A stretch of 64,000 nt of DNA, from positions 191,360 through 255,359 of the IMG/VR virus record IMGVR_UViG_3300013288_000004. The stretch is one strand, 5' to 3'. Below the pieces are notes generated by a model that had not been told where the DNA came from, ran no database searches, and saw only the letters and a list, made by a program, of their open reading frames with translations. The translations under genes were made by a program, and so were the position numbers. The DNA comes from a virus. Lineage: Duplodnaviria > Heunggongvirae > Uroviricota > Caudoviricetes. Shown one piece after another: positions 17,558-25,908 of this stretch. Numbering within the stretch: position 1 is the first letter of the stretch; each line of letters begins with the position of its first letter.

Positions 17558-18966
17558 TTTTTAATAAAACTATTCGCCCTATTACGAATAATATCAAATG
17601 TTTCAAAATATGATTCTATTGGACCATTTTCATACGCTAATACCATTTCATCATGTTGATAATCTTCAATATCTTCAATCCTAGTTGTATGATAGCCTGA
17701 ATCATCCGTGACGAGTGTCAATTCACCACGTTTAGACGCTTTAGATAAATCAGTCTTGGGATTTTTAAACACATCACGCTGGACTCCATTAACAGTAATA
17801 CTTGAACATTTCATAGCATACTTATAAGAATCCCTATCTACTTTTTGTAATGTTCCAGCGCCCATACCGAATGCTAAATTTGACATACTCAAACCTTCTT
17901 TTAAAAGATTTTCTATGATCAATGGGATTGAATTTATAGTAATACCATCACCTTGAATAACTCTCACATGATTAGGCAACACTTTATAACCTTTAGAATT
18001 AATAGTATATCCTTCTAGTTCCATCAATCGTTTAATCACTTCGATAGGCATAGTTAGAGGATTCCCTGAATCTGGACGTAATACTATTGTGGCGCCTTTA
18101 GCTTTAACAGCACTCAAAAGCTTAGGATTCTTATTCCACATATCTATTGCAGCGAATGTATCATAACTATCAATTACGCAAGCAAACATGGCACCGGGTT
18201 TAGCATATTTGTTGACCATGTTAATATATGCATCTTCTTCGCAGTCTTCACCCCAACTGGTCATTGTAGAATGCTCTGATGCGGAAATTGAAAAACCACA
18301 AACGTCTGAATAATAGTTTTCTATAGCACATGTGATACCAGCTAACGTATCAGTGCCCTTGAAATTAACAAGGTGTGCACAATTACCAATTGATGCAGAT
18401 TCTAAAGAGCTAACGCCACGAAAACCGAAACAATGCAACTTAAAATCAATTTCTGAATCAGGGTCGTCAGATGATTCTACCAGAGCATCGTAAATGTACT
18501 GTTTAGCTAAAAATGAATTACTGGCTACAGTACTACCATACCAGAAGTTTTGCAACAATGCGGTTTCCAAGAAAGATGTAAGCCAGAAACATTCTGGATC
18601 TGTATTCTCAATTGTCAGCAATACATTATTTGTCGGAATAACTGAGCCTTCCCTCACGGAGCGAATCTTCACTGGTAGAACCCCATTGTGTTTTTCTACA
18701 ATGTACTCCCAACCTGTTCGATTAAACTCTAGCCCGTGTGCAGTCAAGAGCGTGGCAGCTTGCTCAATATCTTCTTTGGTAACTGGTTTAATCAGATAAT
18801 TTTTAATGAAATACTGCAATCCGAAAACCATTACACTATGCGTAATAGTACTACCACGGCTTTCTATATAAGAAAAGACTTTTTGTGTGTTTTTTGGATA
18901 CTGTTGGTAGTGTGTGTGCTTATAACTATCAGTGAAAAGTATTAAATTGTTTTTTAGATTTGTCAT
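17554..18966 (-). CDS. nadV: Nicotinamide phosphoribosyltransferase (start revised to MTNLK)
   Basis: TDSYKHTH..QYP, GLQYFIK, HCFGFRG, HLVNFKGTDT, ASEHS, DSYD, IVLRPDSG, IQGDG, FGMGAG. Confidence 0.95.
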   Translation of the reverse strand: MTNLKNNLILFTDSYKHTHYQQYPKNTQKVFSYIESRGSTITHSVMVFGLQYFIKNYLIKPVTKEDIEQAATLLTAHGLEFNRTGWEYIVEKHNGVLPVKIRSVREGSVIPTNNVLLTIENTDPECFWLTSFLETALLQNFWYGSTVASNSFLAKQYIYDALVESSDDPDSEIDFKLHCFGFRGVSSLESASIGNCAHLVNFKGTDTLAGITCAIENYYSDVCGFSISASEHSTMTSWGEDCEEDAYINMVNKYAKPGAMFACVIDSYDTFAAIDMWNKNPKLLSAVKAKGATIVLRPDSGNPLTMPIEVIKRLMELEGYTINSKGYKVLPNHVRVIQGDGITINSIPLIIENLLKEGLSMSNLAFGMGAGTLQKVDRDSYKYAMKCSSITVNGVQRDVFKNPKTDLSKASKRGELTLVTDDSGYHTTRIEDIEDYQHDEMVLAYENGPIESYFETFDIIRNRANSFIKK

Positions 18967-18986
18967 GACCATAACTCCTATGTGTC
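18967..18986 (-). promoter_or_regulatory. Conserved SD-containing hairpin/operator, copy 1 (nadV)
   Basis: GACACATAGGAGTTATGGTC immediately before the ATG. Confidence 0.7.
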
Positions 18987-19019
18987 GTGTTTGTACAATA
19001 CTATTTATGCTTCTGATTG

Positions 19020-19568
19020 TCAATCATGTAGATCATACTTCTCAATTTTATCTTTTGGTCCAATTACTTCTTTACTTATAATTTTATTCATGTTATAAAG
19101 AACCATCATCTTTTCACCCCAACCAAATGGAGAACTGACCATCGTATAGTCTACTCCATTTTTAACTAAAAATTCTCTAAGATCGCTAACATTTGCAGTC
19201 CTAAGACCATCATAGTTTATGATAATTGTTATCATTCTATCAGCTACAACTGAGCCATTCTGTTCATATTTACTAATAGCTTCTAGAACTTCTTTGCGTT
19301 TTTTAACTATACAATACGTATTAACAAACTGTGCTATATCTGGTAAAGGAATAAATGAATTATTACTATCGCTACCTTGTTCAACCGTTATTCTATAGAA
19401 TTTTCTATTACCTTTAGCGTATTTCTTAGCAGTACCATAATGGGTTGTTAAATATAATCCCGGACCATACTCCCACTTTCCAGAACGAGTCTGGATCGGT
19501 AGGTCTAGATTCCCACCATGCCAGAATTGCATGGGTTCATTTGATTCGAAAATATTTTCCAGTTTCAT
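19020..19568 (-). CDS. ADP-ribosyltransferase-like protein (H-Y-E type)
   Basis: FWHGG..GPGLYLTT..AKKYA..GEKMMVLYN. Confidence 0.55.
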   Translation of the reverse strand: MKLENIFESNEPMQFWHGGNLDLPIQTRSGKWEYGPGLYLTTHYGTAKKYAKGNRKFYRITVEQGSDSNNSFIPLPDIAQFVNTYCIVKKRKEVLEAISKYEQNGSVVADRMITIIINYDGLRTANVSDLREFLVKNGVDYTMVSSPFGWGEKMMVLYNMNKIISKEVIGPKDKIEKYDLHD

Positions 19569-19589
19569 AAAATTCACAAATTATGTAAA

Positions 19590-19597
19590 TATTTATA
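19590..19597 (-). promoter_or_regulatory. T4-type late promoter
   Basis: TATAAATA directly upstream of the ART-like gene. Confidence 0.65.
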
Positions 19598-19901
19598 ACA
19601 CTCCCTGTTCAACAATAGATGATACATCTTGGGTACGATTTTCAAATCTGCGTCTCTGTTTTTCTACGTATTCGCTTAAAGTCTGTTTTGCCTCTAATAA
19701 AGAGGAGAAAGTGTATTCATAATCATTTCTAAACATCTCAATAGTGCCATGTATGTCCAACGTATACCAAGGACAACCCCATGAAGATATATCTTTTATG
19801 TACACTTTAAAATATGTACGCGATACGTGCCCACTATGGATGTTTGTAACATTATGCTGTTTTATCTCGTATTTGAAAACTGGTCGCTTTGGCTTAGACA
19901 T
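19593..19901 (-). CDS. hypothetical protein
   Basis: ORF with AAAGG SD. Confidence 0.65.
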   Translation of the reverse strand: MSKPKRPVFKYEIKQHNVTNIHSGHVSRTYFKVYIKDISSWGCPWYTLDIHGTIEMFRNDYEYTFSSLLEAKQTLSEYVEKQRRRFENRTQDVSSIVEQGVL

Positions 19902-19961
19902 GAATTATACCTTTTTCGATGGTAATAACGTTTTTATTAAACAACTTTAAAATGAATGAGA

Positions 19962-20339
19962 TCATAAGTAAACAATTCCATTTTCTTCTATGATTTCTGT
20001 TTTAACTATTTGTCTTTCGATACACTCAGATAAAGCTTTAAGGATGGGGACGAGTTCACTAACGGTGAACACATAATTATCATAGTCGTTAATCATCTCA
20101 CATGCTGGAATAAAATCCTCTAAGCGTGGGTAGTACGTATGGACTGGGGTTGGACCATCATACTTAGAATATTTTCCGATAAGTACAGATTTCCAATCTT
20201 CACAATCGGGCTTACTAACGTGCATAACACATAAGGGTAACCTACGATCACCACCGAATTCAATTCTTATAAATTTATATAATTTATATTTGAATAGTTC
20301 TTTACTGGTATGCACAACTGTCACATTCTCATCAATCAT
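19962..20339 (-). CDS. hypothetical protein
   Basis: ORF overlapping the HD gene stop (ATGA). Confidence 0.65.
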   Translation of the reverse strand: MIDENVTVVHTSKELFKYKLYKFIRIEFGGDRRLPLCVMHVSKPDCEDWKSVLIGKYSKYDGPTPVHTYYPRLEDFIPACEMINDYDNYVFTVSELVPILKALSECIERQIVKTEIIEENGIVYL

Positions 20340-20974
20340 GACAATAACTCCAAATAATCATTAGCTTCTTTAATCTTTTCATCGACTATATTCTGGTTGA
20401 ACTTCTGCTTACCCCATTCTGAGATAAATTTGAGATTTGTAAAGAAACCGGCTTGCATCTTGAATACATCAATAGGGCTTACGCACATTTCAGAGGAAAG
20501 TCCAAAAATGATTTCCTGAACCCACACTGGGCTAAGACCTTGACTCAAATCAGCATCCCTTAAAATTGCTTCTTCAAGGCTCAAATGATCCGCCGAAACA
20601 ATATGTGGGAACTGCGTTGTCCTGATCATGGAAGCGATCAATTCCAAATCTTGTTCGTCATATGGATGAATGTTCTTTGTTAATCCTCTAATTGAGATCT
20701 CTATATTCAGATCATCATTACCGCTTCGACCCGGATGATCAAAATCGTGAAACATGGCGGCGATCAAAAGATTTCGCATTTGTTTAGGTGACATAATATC
20801 TTTGTAGAACACACACGCATCATAACACAACCATGTCACATGAAACATATGACGAAAGTTGTGGTACGGATTCTTTAAATTTTTTGCAGAAGTCATGACG
20901 ACCTGAAAATAATGTTTCAGGTCGCCTTCATAGACATCATCAATATTCTTGATTATTTCTGGTAAATTTGCCAT
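20336..20974 (-). CDS. HD-domain phosphohydrolase, class-I cyclic nucleotide PDE-like
   Basis: NPYHNFRH..V, LLIAAMFHDFDHPG, ILRDADL. Confidence 0.75.
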   Translation of the reverse strand: MANLPEIIKNIDDVYEGDLKHYFQVVMTSAKNLKNPYHNFRHMFHVTWLCYDACVFYKDIMSPKQMRNLLIAAMFHDFDHPGRSGNDDLNIEISIRGLTKNIHPYDEQDLELIASMIRTTQFPHIVSADHLSLEEAILRDADLSQGLSPVWVQEIIFGLSSEMCVSPIDVFKMQAGFFTNLKFISEWGKQKFNQNIVDEKIKEANDYLELLS

Positions 20975-21568
20975 TTACATTCCTTTTAATTTATTTGGTA
21001 CAATTTCTTCATGCATCCAATGTGTGCCGGTTGTTACGTGGTTCTTGCGAACGAACTTTGCTACAGACTGTGCGAAATCTTCATAAGAAAATGCATCAGC
21101 AAGTCTTACAACATAACCTTCCATAGAACCATCGTCAACAAACAGCGACTTAATGTAACCTTCACTGAAAATACCATCATACAACACTTTCACCGGAGTA
21201 ACACCGAGCAACTGAAACCATTCTACAGTCTCATCCCATGAAAGGCAAACGTTGTTATCATCCCACATGGAGAAACCATAAAAATATGATTCCAGATCAT
21301 TATATTCAATGGAGTGTTTGGCGTATAAATTTTCACCACATATCCTAAAATTCTCTGGGATATTGTGCTGAAATTCAGCAGCAAACTTCTTTAACCAATC
21401 TCTTGATGGATGATTGGCAGAGTCTAAAGAACGTGCATGTGTACGATCATTATAAATTGAACAATTATGAACAAGAATGCCGTTAGCGAAAAAATTGTTA
21501 TTCTTCTTAACAGAAATATCATATTTTTTCGATGTGTTATCTATCTTTTTTATTGATTTTATCTTCAT
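20975..21568 (-). CDS. RNA ligase C-terminal part preceded by a 35 aa C-intein
   Basis: KYDISV..NNFFANGILVHN/C, then HARSLDS..HPSRDW..ICGENLYAKHSI..EGYVVR..AKFVR. Confidence 0.9.
   Translation of the reverse strand: MKIKSIKKIDNTSKKYDISVKKNNNFFANGILVHNCSIYNDRTHARSLDSANHPSRDWLKKFAAEFQHNIPENFRICGENLYAKHSIEYNDLESYFYGFSMWDDNNVCLSWDETVEWFQLLGVTPVKVLYDGIFSEGYIKSLFVDDGSMEGYVVRLADAFSYEDFAQSVAKFVRKNHVTTGTHWMHEEIVPNKLKGM
21464..21568 (-). mobile_element. Split intein, C-terminal half (IntC)
   Basis: Blocks F and G ending HN, followed by a Cys as the +1 nucleophile. Confidence 0.92.
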
Positions 21569-22577
21569 AGTGATTTACTATTATTGATGAGACTATAGCA
21601 TACAATTCTTCGTCTGTTATGTCAACCATATCAGATTCCCATATATAATATACCCTATAGTTGTATTTTTCGGCTAGTTCCTTTTTGACTATATCTTTTT
21701 CCCATATTTCTTTTGCTGTTTTTTTACATTTTTGATATGAAAAAACTAAATCGTCTTCTTTATACATTTTGGGGTTTGCATGAAAATAATCACCATTAAC
21801 TTCTATAATTATATTAGTCTGATCAATTAGAAAATCATAACTACGATTTCGTATCCATTTTTGTCGAGTATGTGCAACATTATTTGCTACCAAAATATTA
21901 CTTACCCTATCTTCTAGTTTAGACTTTCCAAATTTGCTGTCTAACCTTGTTCTTTTTTGTATTATTGCGGCTTGTTGTTCTTTTGACAATCCCTTCCAAT
22001 AATTACTAGTACTTTCACCGAGTCTTTTACCTATTAATTTTCTATACTCAAGAGTCTGAGAAGCCCACCATTTGGTAAAATTTCCGTATCTATTTGGTAA
22101 ACTCTTAACTCCATATTTCGTAATCATTAAATCTGGCAGCATTTTTTTAAACTTTTCATCTTTAAATATGTTAGACACGCCATAATTTTTCATAAATGTT
22201 GCAGCTACTTTATCCTTTACAATTTGTGATTTAGCTGGATTATCTACACCATATTTTTTTAAATTAGTTTGCTTTCTTTGTTCTTTTATGACTTCACATT
22301 GTAAAGATTCTTTATGAGACCTACTTTCTATTGAATGATACTTCAATAGAAAGTAGAAAATACTAGAACCCATAAAATATAATTCAGTATATATTTTATA
22401 TGCTGATATTTTATCTTCAATATACATTTTATGTAACAAATCTTTTGATATAAAAAGATTATTATATTTTAATAATTTTATTCTCTTTTCATTTTTACTT
22501 ATATCATCTTTATCACAAAAATAAACATGTCTGCCATTTTGTGGGTTAATTTCTTTATTACATATATAACATTTCAT
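21537..22577 (-). mobile_element. Free-standing Vsr/DUF559-like homing endonuclease
   Basis: KQTNLKKYGVDN-type repeats; SKLE..YDFLI..IIIEVNGDYFHANP..D..K..LA..YRVYYIWESD. Confidence 0.88.
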
Positions 22578-22598
22578 TCAAATACTCCGTTTAAAGAG

Positions 22599-22606
22599 TA
22601 TTTATC
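22599..22606 (-). promoter_or_regulatory. Late-type promoter for the endonuclease/IntC genes
   Basis: GATAAATA between the IntN gene and the HEG; GGAG SD follows. Confidence 0.5.
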
Positions 22607-22617
22607 AAAAAAGATGG

Positions 22618-22920
22618 CTATAGCAATTTTTTTACTTGATCACTTTCTAATATATCTTTAACACGTCTATAACAATTTAGATTGTCTACCCAAATATAAT
22701 GTTGTTCTGTAACTATCAAAATGGTTCCGTCTTCTAATTCTATTTCATACCACTGCGAATCGTTATCGTGAACTGATACAGCATAAACCTCTTGCATTTC
22801 TATAACATCAGAAACCATGTCATATGATTTAACTAATAAACCGACTAATTTATTGTCTACAATTTCTTTTATTGTTTTTGGGCCTAACGAAGTTTCGAGA
22901 ATGGTATCTCCGTCAAGACA
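22618..22920 (-). mobile_element. Split intein, N-terminal half (IntN)
   Basis: Starts CLDGDTILET, contains TEQH, ends at a stop codon with no endonuclease domain. Confidence 0.92.
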
Positions 22921-23067
22921 GTTTTCCCCGTCATACTTCTCAGAAACTACTACACGCTTACCAATAAAATTATCAAGACTTTTCAACATCTTGTCATCGT
23001 TGGTCATACCTTCGCTCCAGCTAAAATGAAGCGTGCGCGGATATTTTTTATATTTTGAGGCGTTCAT
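22618..23067 (-). CDS. RNA ligase N-terminal part (49 aa) fused to a 100 aa N-intein
   Basis: KYPRTLHFSWS..EKYDGEN, then CLDGDT..(block A)..LIVTEQHYIW (block B). Confidence 0.9.
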   Translation of the reverse strand: MNASKYKKYPRTLHFSWSEGMTNDDKMLKSLDNFIGKRVVVSEKYDGENCLDGDTILETSLGPKTIKEIVDNKLVGLLVKSYDMVSDVIEMQEVYAVSVHDNDSQWYEIELEDGTILIVTEQHYIWVDNLNCYRRVKDILESDQVKKLL

Positions 23068-23121
23068 GGCACATGCTCTAAAGATTAAGTAAAGCTATGA
23101 TATCAACCATTTCTTCCTGTG

Positions 23122-23517
23122 TCAAAGAGTTTTTTCACCAAATACAAAAATATCTACTGTAATAAATTGTAAGTCACTAACTAACTTGGTATCTTCGTCA
23201 ACAAATCCGACTGACCTCATCGCACCCTTGATAGGGAGCTTATCATTTTTACATTTTTGTGCAATTTTTCCCATCGGGGTATCTAGTAACTTAATTGTGG
23301 CCATCAATCTATCACCATCCATTCTTGCTGATACAACGGTATGAGATACATTTTCCACAGTAATGAGGGAATCTTTACCTATACCAAATTCTCCAAATGG
23401 AGGAAGCTCTGATTCGTTAATGTTATTACATACTTTGGTTAACTCTTCTAATGGAAATATGCGACCAGCACTGTCTGGTGTATTAGCCTGTTTCAATAAC
23501 ACTTCAATTGTATTCAT
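23122..23517 (-). CDS. Degenerate T4 gp21-like prohead protease paralog
   Basis: GRIFPLEEL, GEF, VSH, IKLLDTPMGKI follow the family pattern, but the GELxH His and GVSSRG Ser appear lost. Confidence 0.55.
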   Translation of the reverse strand: MNTIEVLLKQANTPDSAGRIFPLEELTKVCNNINESELPPFGEFGIGKDSLITVENVSHTVVSARMDGDRLMATIKLLDTPMGKIAQKCKNDKLPIKGAMRSVGFVDEDTKLVSDLQFITVDIFVFGEKTL

Positions 23518-23726
23518 ATAATCTCTCCAAAAATTAACAATTTTTCCACAATAAGATAAAATGCATATGGCGGAAAGAATATACTAAAGAATGTTGACCA
23601 AAATCCTTGTGCAATAACAATACCAGCTAACCATAAAAAGGACAGTGAGTATGTAACAATTAATACTAATACTTCACTTACAAGTTTTGTTATTGCTACA
23701 ACAGCGTTATTCATATGTAAATCCAT
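23514..23726 (-). CDS. Small membrane protein
   Basis: Two hydrophobic segments. Confidence 0.65.
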   Translation of the reverse strand: MDLHMNNAVVAITKLVSEVLVLIVTYSLSFLWLAGIVIAQGFWSTFFSIFFPPYAFYLIVEKLLIFGEII

Positions 23727-23748
23727 TTGTTTTTACTCTTAAGTCAAA

Positions 23749-23777
23749 ATTATATCGAGTTTGAACAACATTGTCAA
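23749..23777 (-). promoter_or_regulatory. Consensus sigma70 promoter
   Basis: Perfect TTGACA-N17-TATAAT heading the minus-strand run that contains the split-intein ligase. Confidence 0.85.
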
Positions 23778-23832
23778 TAATTTTTGGTACTTTCGCCGCA
23801 CATATGACTAAATATAAGAAAAAGGTAAAATT

Positions 23833-24678
23833 ATGAATTATTACGTATACGTCTACTTAGACACAAGAAAACCGGGTGAATATGTTTATGGCGACCTTCA
23901 ATTTAATTATGAACCATTTTATATTGGTAAAGGTAAAGGAAGTAGAGACAAACAACATTTACAAGAATATCACCTAAAGCATTCAAATAATAAAATGAAA
24001 AACGGAATTATTAATAAAATTATTAATTCTGGACTACAGCCAATGTTTTTGAGAATGAAAGAAAATTTGAATAATCAACAATCTATTGACATTGAAAAGC
24101 ATTTCATCAAATTGATAGGGAGAAGAAACTTACACAAAGGCCCATTAGCTAACTTAACTGATGGTGGAGAAGGAAATGAAGGGTGGATCGTTTCTAATGA
24201 AACAAAAGAGCTTTGGAGTAAACAGCGTAAAGGTAAAAAACAGACGGAAGCGCAATATAAAGCTAATTGTTCACGCGGACCTATGACAGAAGAACATAGA
24301 AGAAAAATATCAGAATCACAAAAGGGAAAAACAAGATTAACACCAGAACAATATAAAGAGAACGGATTAAAGCAGCGTGGGAAAAAAATGTCACAAGAAA
24401 CAAAAGATAAAATGAGCAAGCAGCGAAAAGGTAAAAAACAGACGGAAGCGCAATATAAAGCTAATTGCAACAGAATTGCAACGCGAATCCCTTTTCCATC
24501 TTATAATGATTTAAAAATATTATTGGTGGAGCACTCTATAAAATCATTGCCACAATACAAAAATTTTGTTAAACAAATGGTTCATATGAAATTACCAATA
24601 CAACTAAAACAATGTTATGAACTTAGGAACGAATGGATCTCATATGATGATATTTTTGGAAGAGAAACGGTAGCTTAA
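23833..24678 (+). mobile_element. GIY-YIG homing endonuclease with NUMOD3 repeats
   Basis: YYVYVYLD..PFYIGKGKGSR..E..I..L.N.TDGGEG; MTEEHRRKISESQKGK. Confidence 0.88.
24223..24467 (+). repeat. 47 bp direct repeat (24223-24269, 24421-24467), one mismatch
   Basis: cagcg[t/a]aaaggtaaaaaacagacggaagcgcaatataaagctaattg; encodes QRKGKKQTEAQYKANC twice. Confidence 0.9.
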
Positions 24679-24691
24679 GCTACCGTTTCTC
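24662..24691. terminator. Perfect 30 bp palindrome at a convergent junction
   Basis: gagaaacggtagctt|aagctaccgtttctc spans both stop codons. Confidence 0.8.
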
Positions 24692-25316
24692 ACTCACCAT
24701 ATTCCTCCCAAGAATCTTTAAACATTTCTTTTAATCTATCTAGATATTGCATTGTCTTAATCTTGTACATAGGTACACCACCAGCAAAGTTACCTTTACG
24801 TTCCGTACCTTTACAGATAACACCTTCTACTACATCATACTTTCCTTCGCGAACATCTTGAACCAATTCATAGTTCAATTCTGTAGTTGCAAAAACTCTA
24901 GGAATTTCTGTGACAGATCCAATACGATTAATGAAATTTTCTGGACCCATAAATGATTTGATCTTTGGATCATAAACATCAAATACAGTTAACTTGTGCG
25001 GTTCATCATCAACATGTCTACCGGCAAATGAGTTATCACCATGATATTCAGAAAATACAATTATGTTATCGGCCTTAGTTTTATCTGTAAAATATTTTGA
25101 CAGTGCGTCTGCACGTGTTTCATTAAAAAGTTTTACAATATTCCCCCAATAATCAGTTGACTCATCAACCAACTGTGTGCGCGTGCCAAATAGATTGAAC
25201 CCGTGTTTACGGGTCCATTTGGCTCTAAAATTAGAGCCGTCTATTTTTTCAAATACAAAAACCATCTGACCAAACTTGGCTTTCTTTGTATTTTTCATTG
25301 ATGGATATTCAAACAT
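24690..25316 (-). CDS. Second RNA ligase-like nucleotidyltransferase
   Basis: FEKIDGSNF, FGTR, FSEYHG, FDV, EGVICKG, KIKT. Confidence 0.8.
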   Translation of the reverse strand: MFEYPSMKNTKKAKFGQMVFVFEKIDGSNFRAKWTRKHGFNLFGTRTQLVDESTDYWGNIVKLFNETRADALSKYFTDKTKADNIIVFSEYHGDNSFAGRHVDDEPHKLTVFDVYDPKIKSFMGPENFINRIGSVTEIPRVFATTELNYELVQDVREGKYDVVEGVICKGTERKGNFAGGVPMYKIKTMQYLDRLKEMFKDSWEEYGE

Positions 25317-25533
25317 TTTTTAATTTCCAATTGTCATCTAATTTTACTTTTTGTTCTCTAATCAATTTGAATATCAAAAACTTCATATCAGTGGAATCAA
25401 ATATATTAATATTCCAACCATCTTCTTTATAAGATTTCAGGACATCTAAAAGAGATAGCGGGTGCCCTCTTCTTAATTTACTCAATAACCATTCTTCTGT
25501 TGCTTTTTCTTGATTGTTCACGGAAATTCTCAA
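25309..25533 (-). CDS. hypothetical protein (possible winged helix)
   Basis: 74 aa ORF coupled to both neighbours. Confidence 0.55.
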   Translation of the reverse strand: MRISVNNQEKATEEWLLSKLRRGHPLSLLDVLKSYKEDGWNINIFDSTDMKFLIFKLIREQKVKLDDNWKLKNV

Positions 25534-25877
25534 TTTCTCGTTTCTATCTTACCAGAATTTGCAATTTCTACAAGTGCATCGACATTTACATGTGGATTGA
25601 ATATTCGGGCATTCTTGTAATAAAAGTTTTCACTAGCCTCATGCTCTACAGCAGCTAGAACCGCTTTGTAAGCCGTTCTGACGATCTCTGACGTTACCAT
25701 GTGGTAAGATAGTTGCCACTTCCTGCAATACTGTCTCTCGACGTTTCCTGAGTCATTACAAGCACCCATAAACTGTATCTGTAAATATGGTACATCATTT
25801 TTTTCTTTTACAATGAATTCCCAATTTGAGAATTTTATTTGTTGTACGATTTGTTTAATTTGTTCTAAATTTTTCAT
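25530..25877 (-). CDS. Conserved-looking phage protein of unknown function (start revised to MKNLEQ)
   Basis: RKWQLSYHM..SEIVRTAYKAV..EHEASENF..IFNPH; carries the operator hairpin. Confidence 0.75.
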   Translation of the reverse strand: MKNLEQIKQIVQQIKFSNWEFIVKEKNDVPYLQIQFMGACNDSGNVERQYCRKWQLSYHMVTSEIVRTAYKAVLAAVEHEASENFYYKNARIFNPHVNVDALVEIANSGKIETRN

Positions 25878-25897
25878 GACCATAACTCCTATGTGTC
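25878..25897 (-). promoter_or_regulatory. Conserved SD-containing hairpin/operator, copy 2
   Basis: GACACATAGGAGTTATGGTC, identical to copy 1. Confidence 0.7.
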
Positions 25898-25908
25898 AAA
25901 TTTTTATT

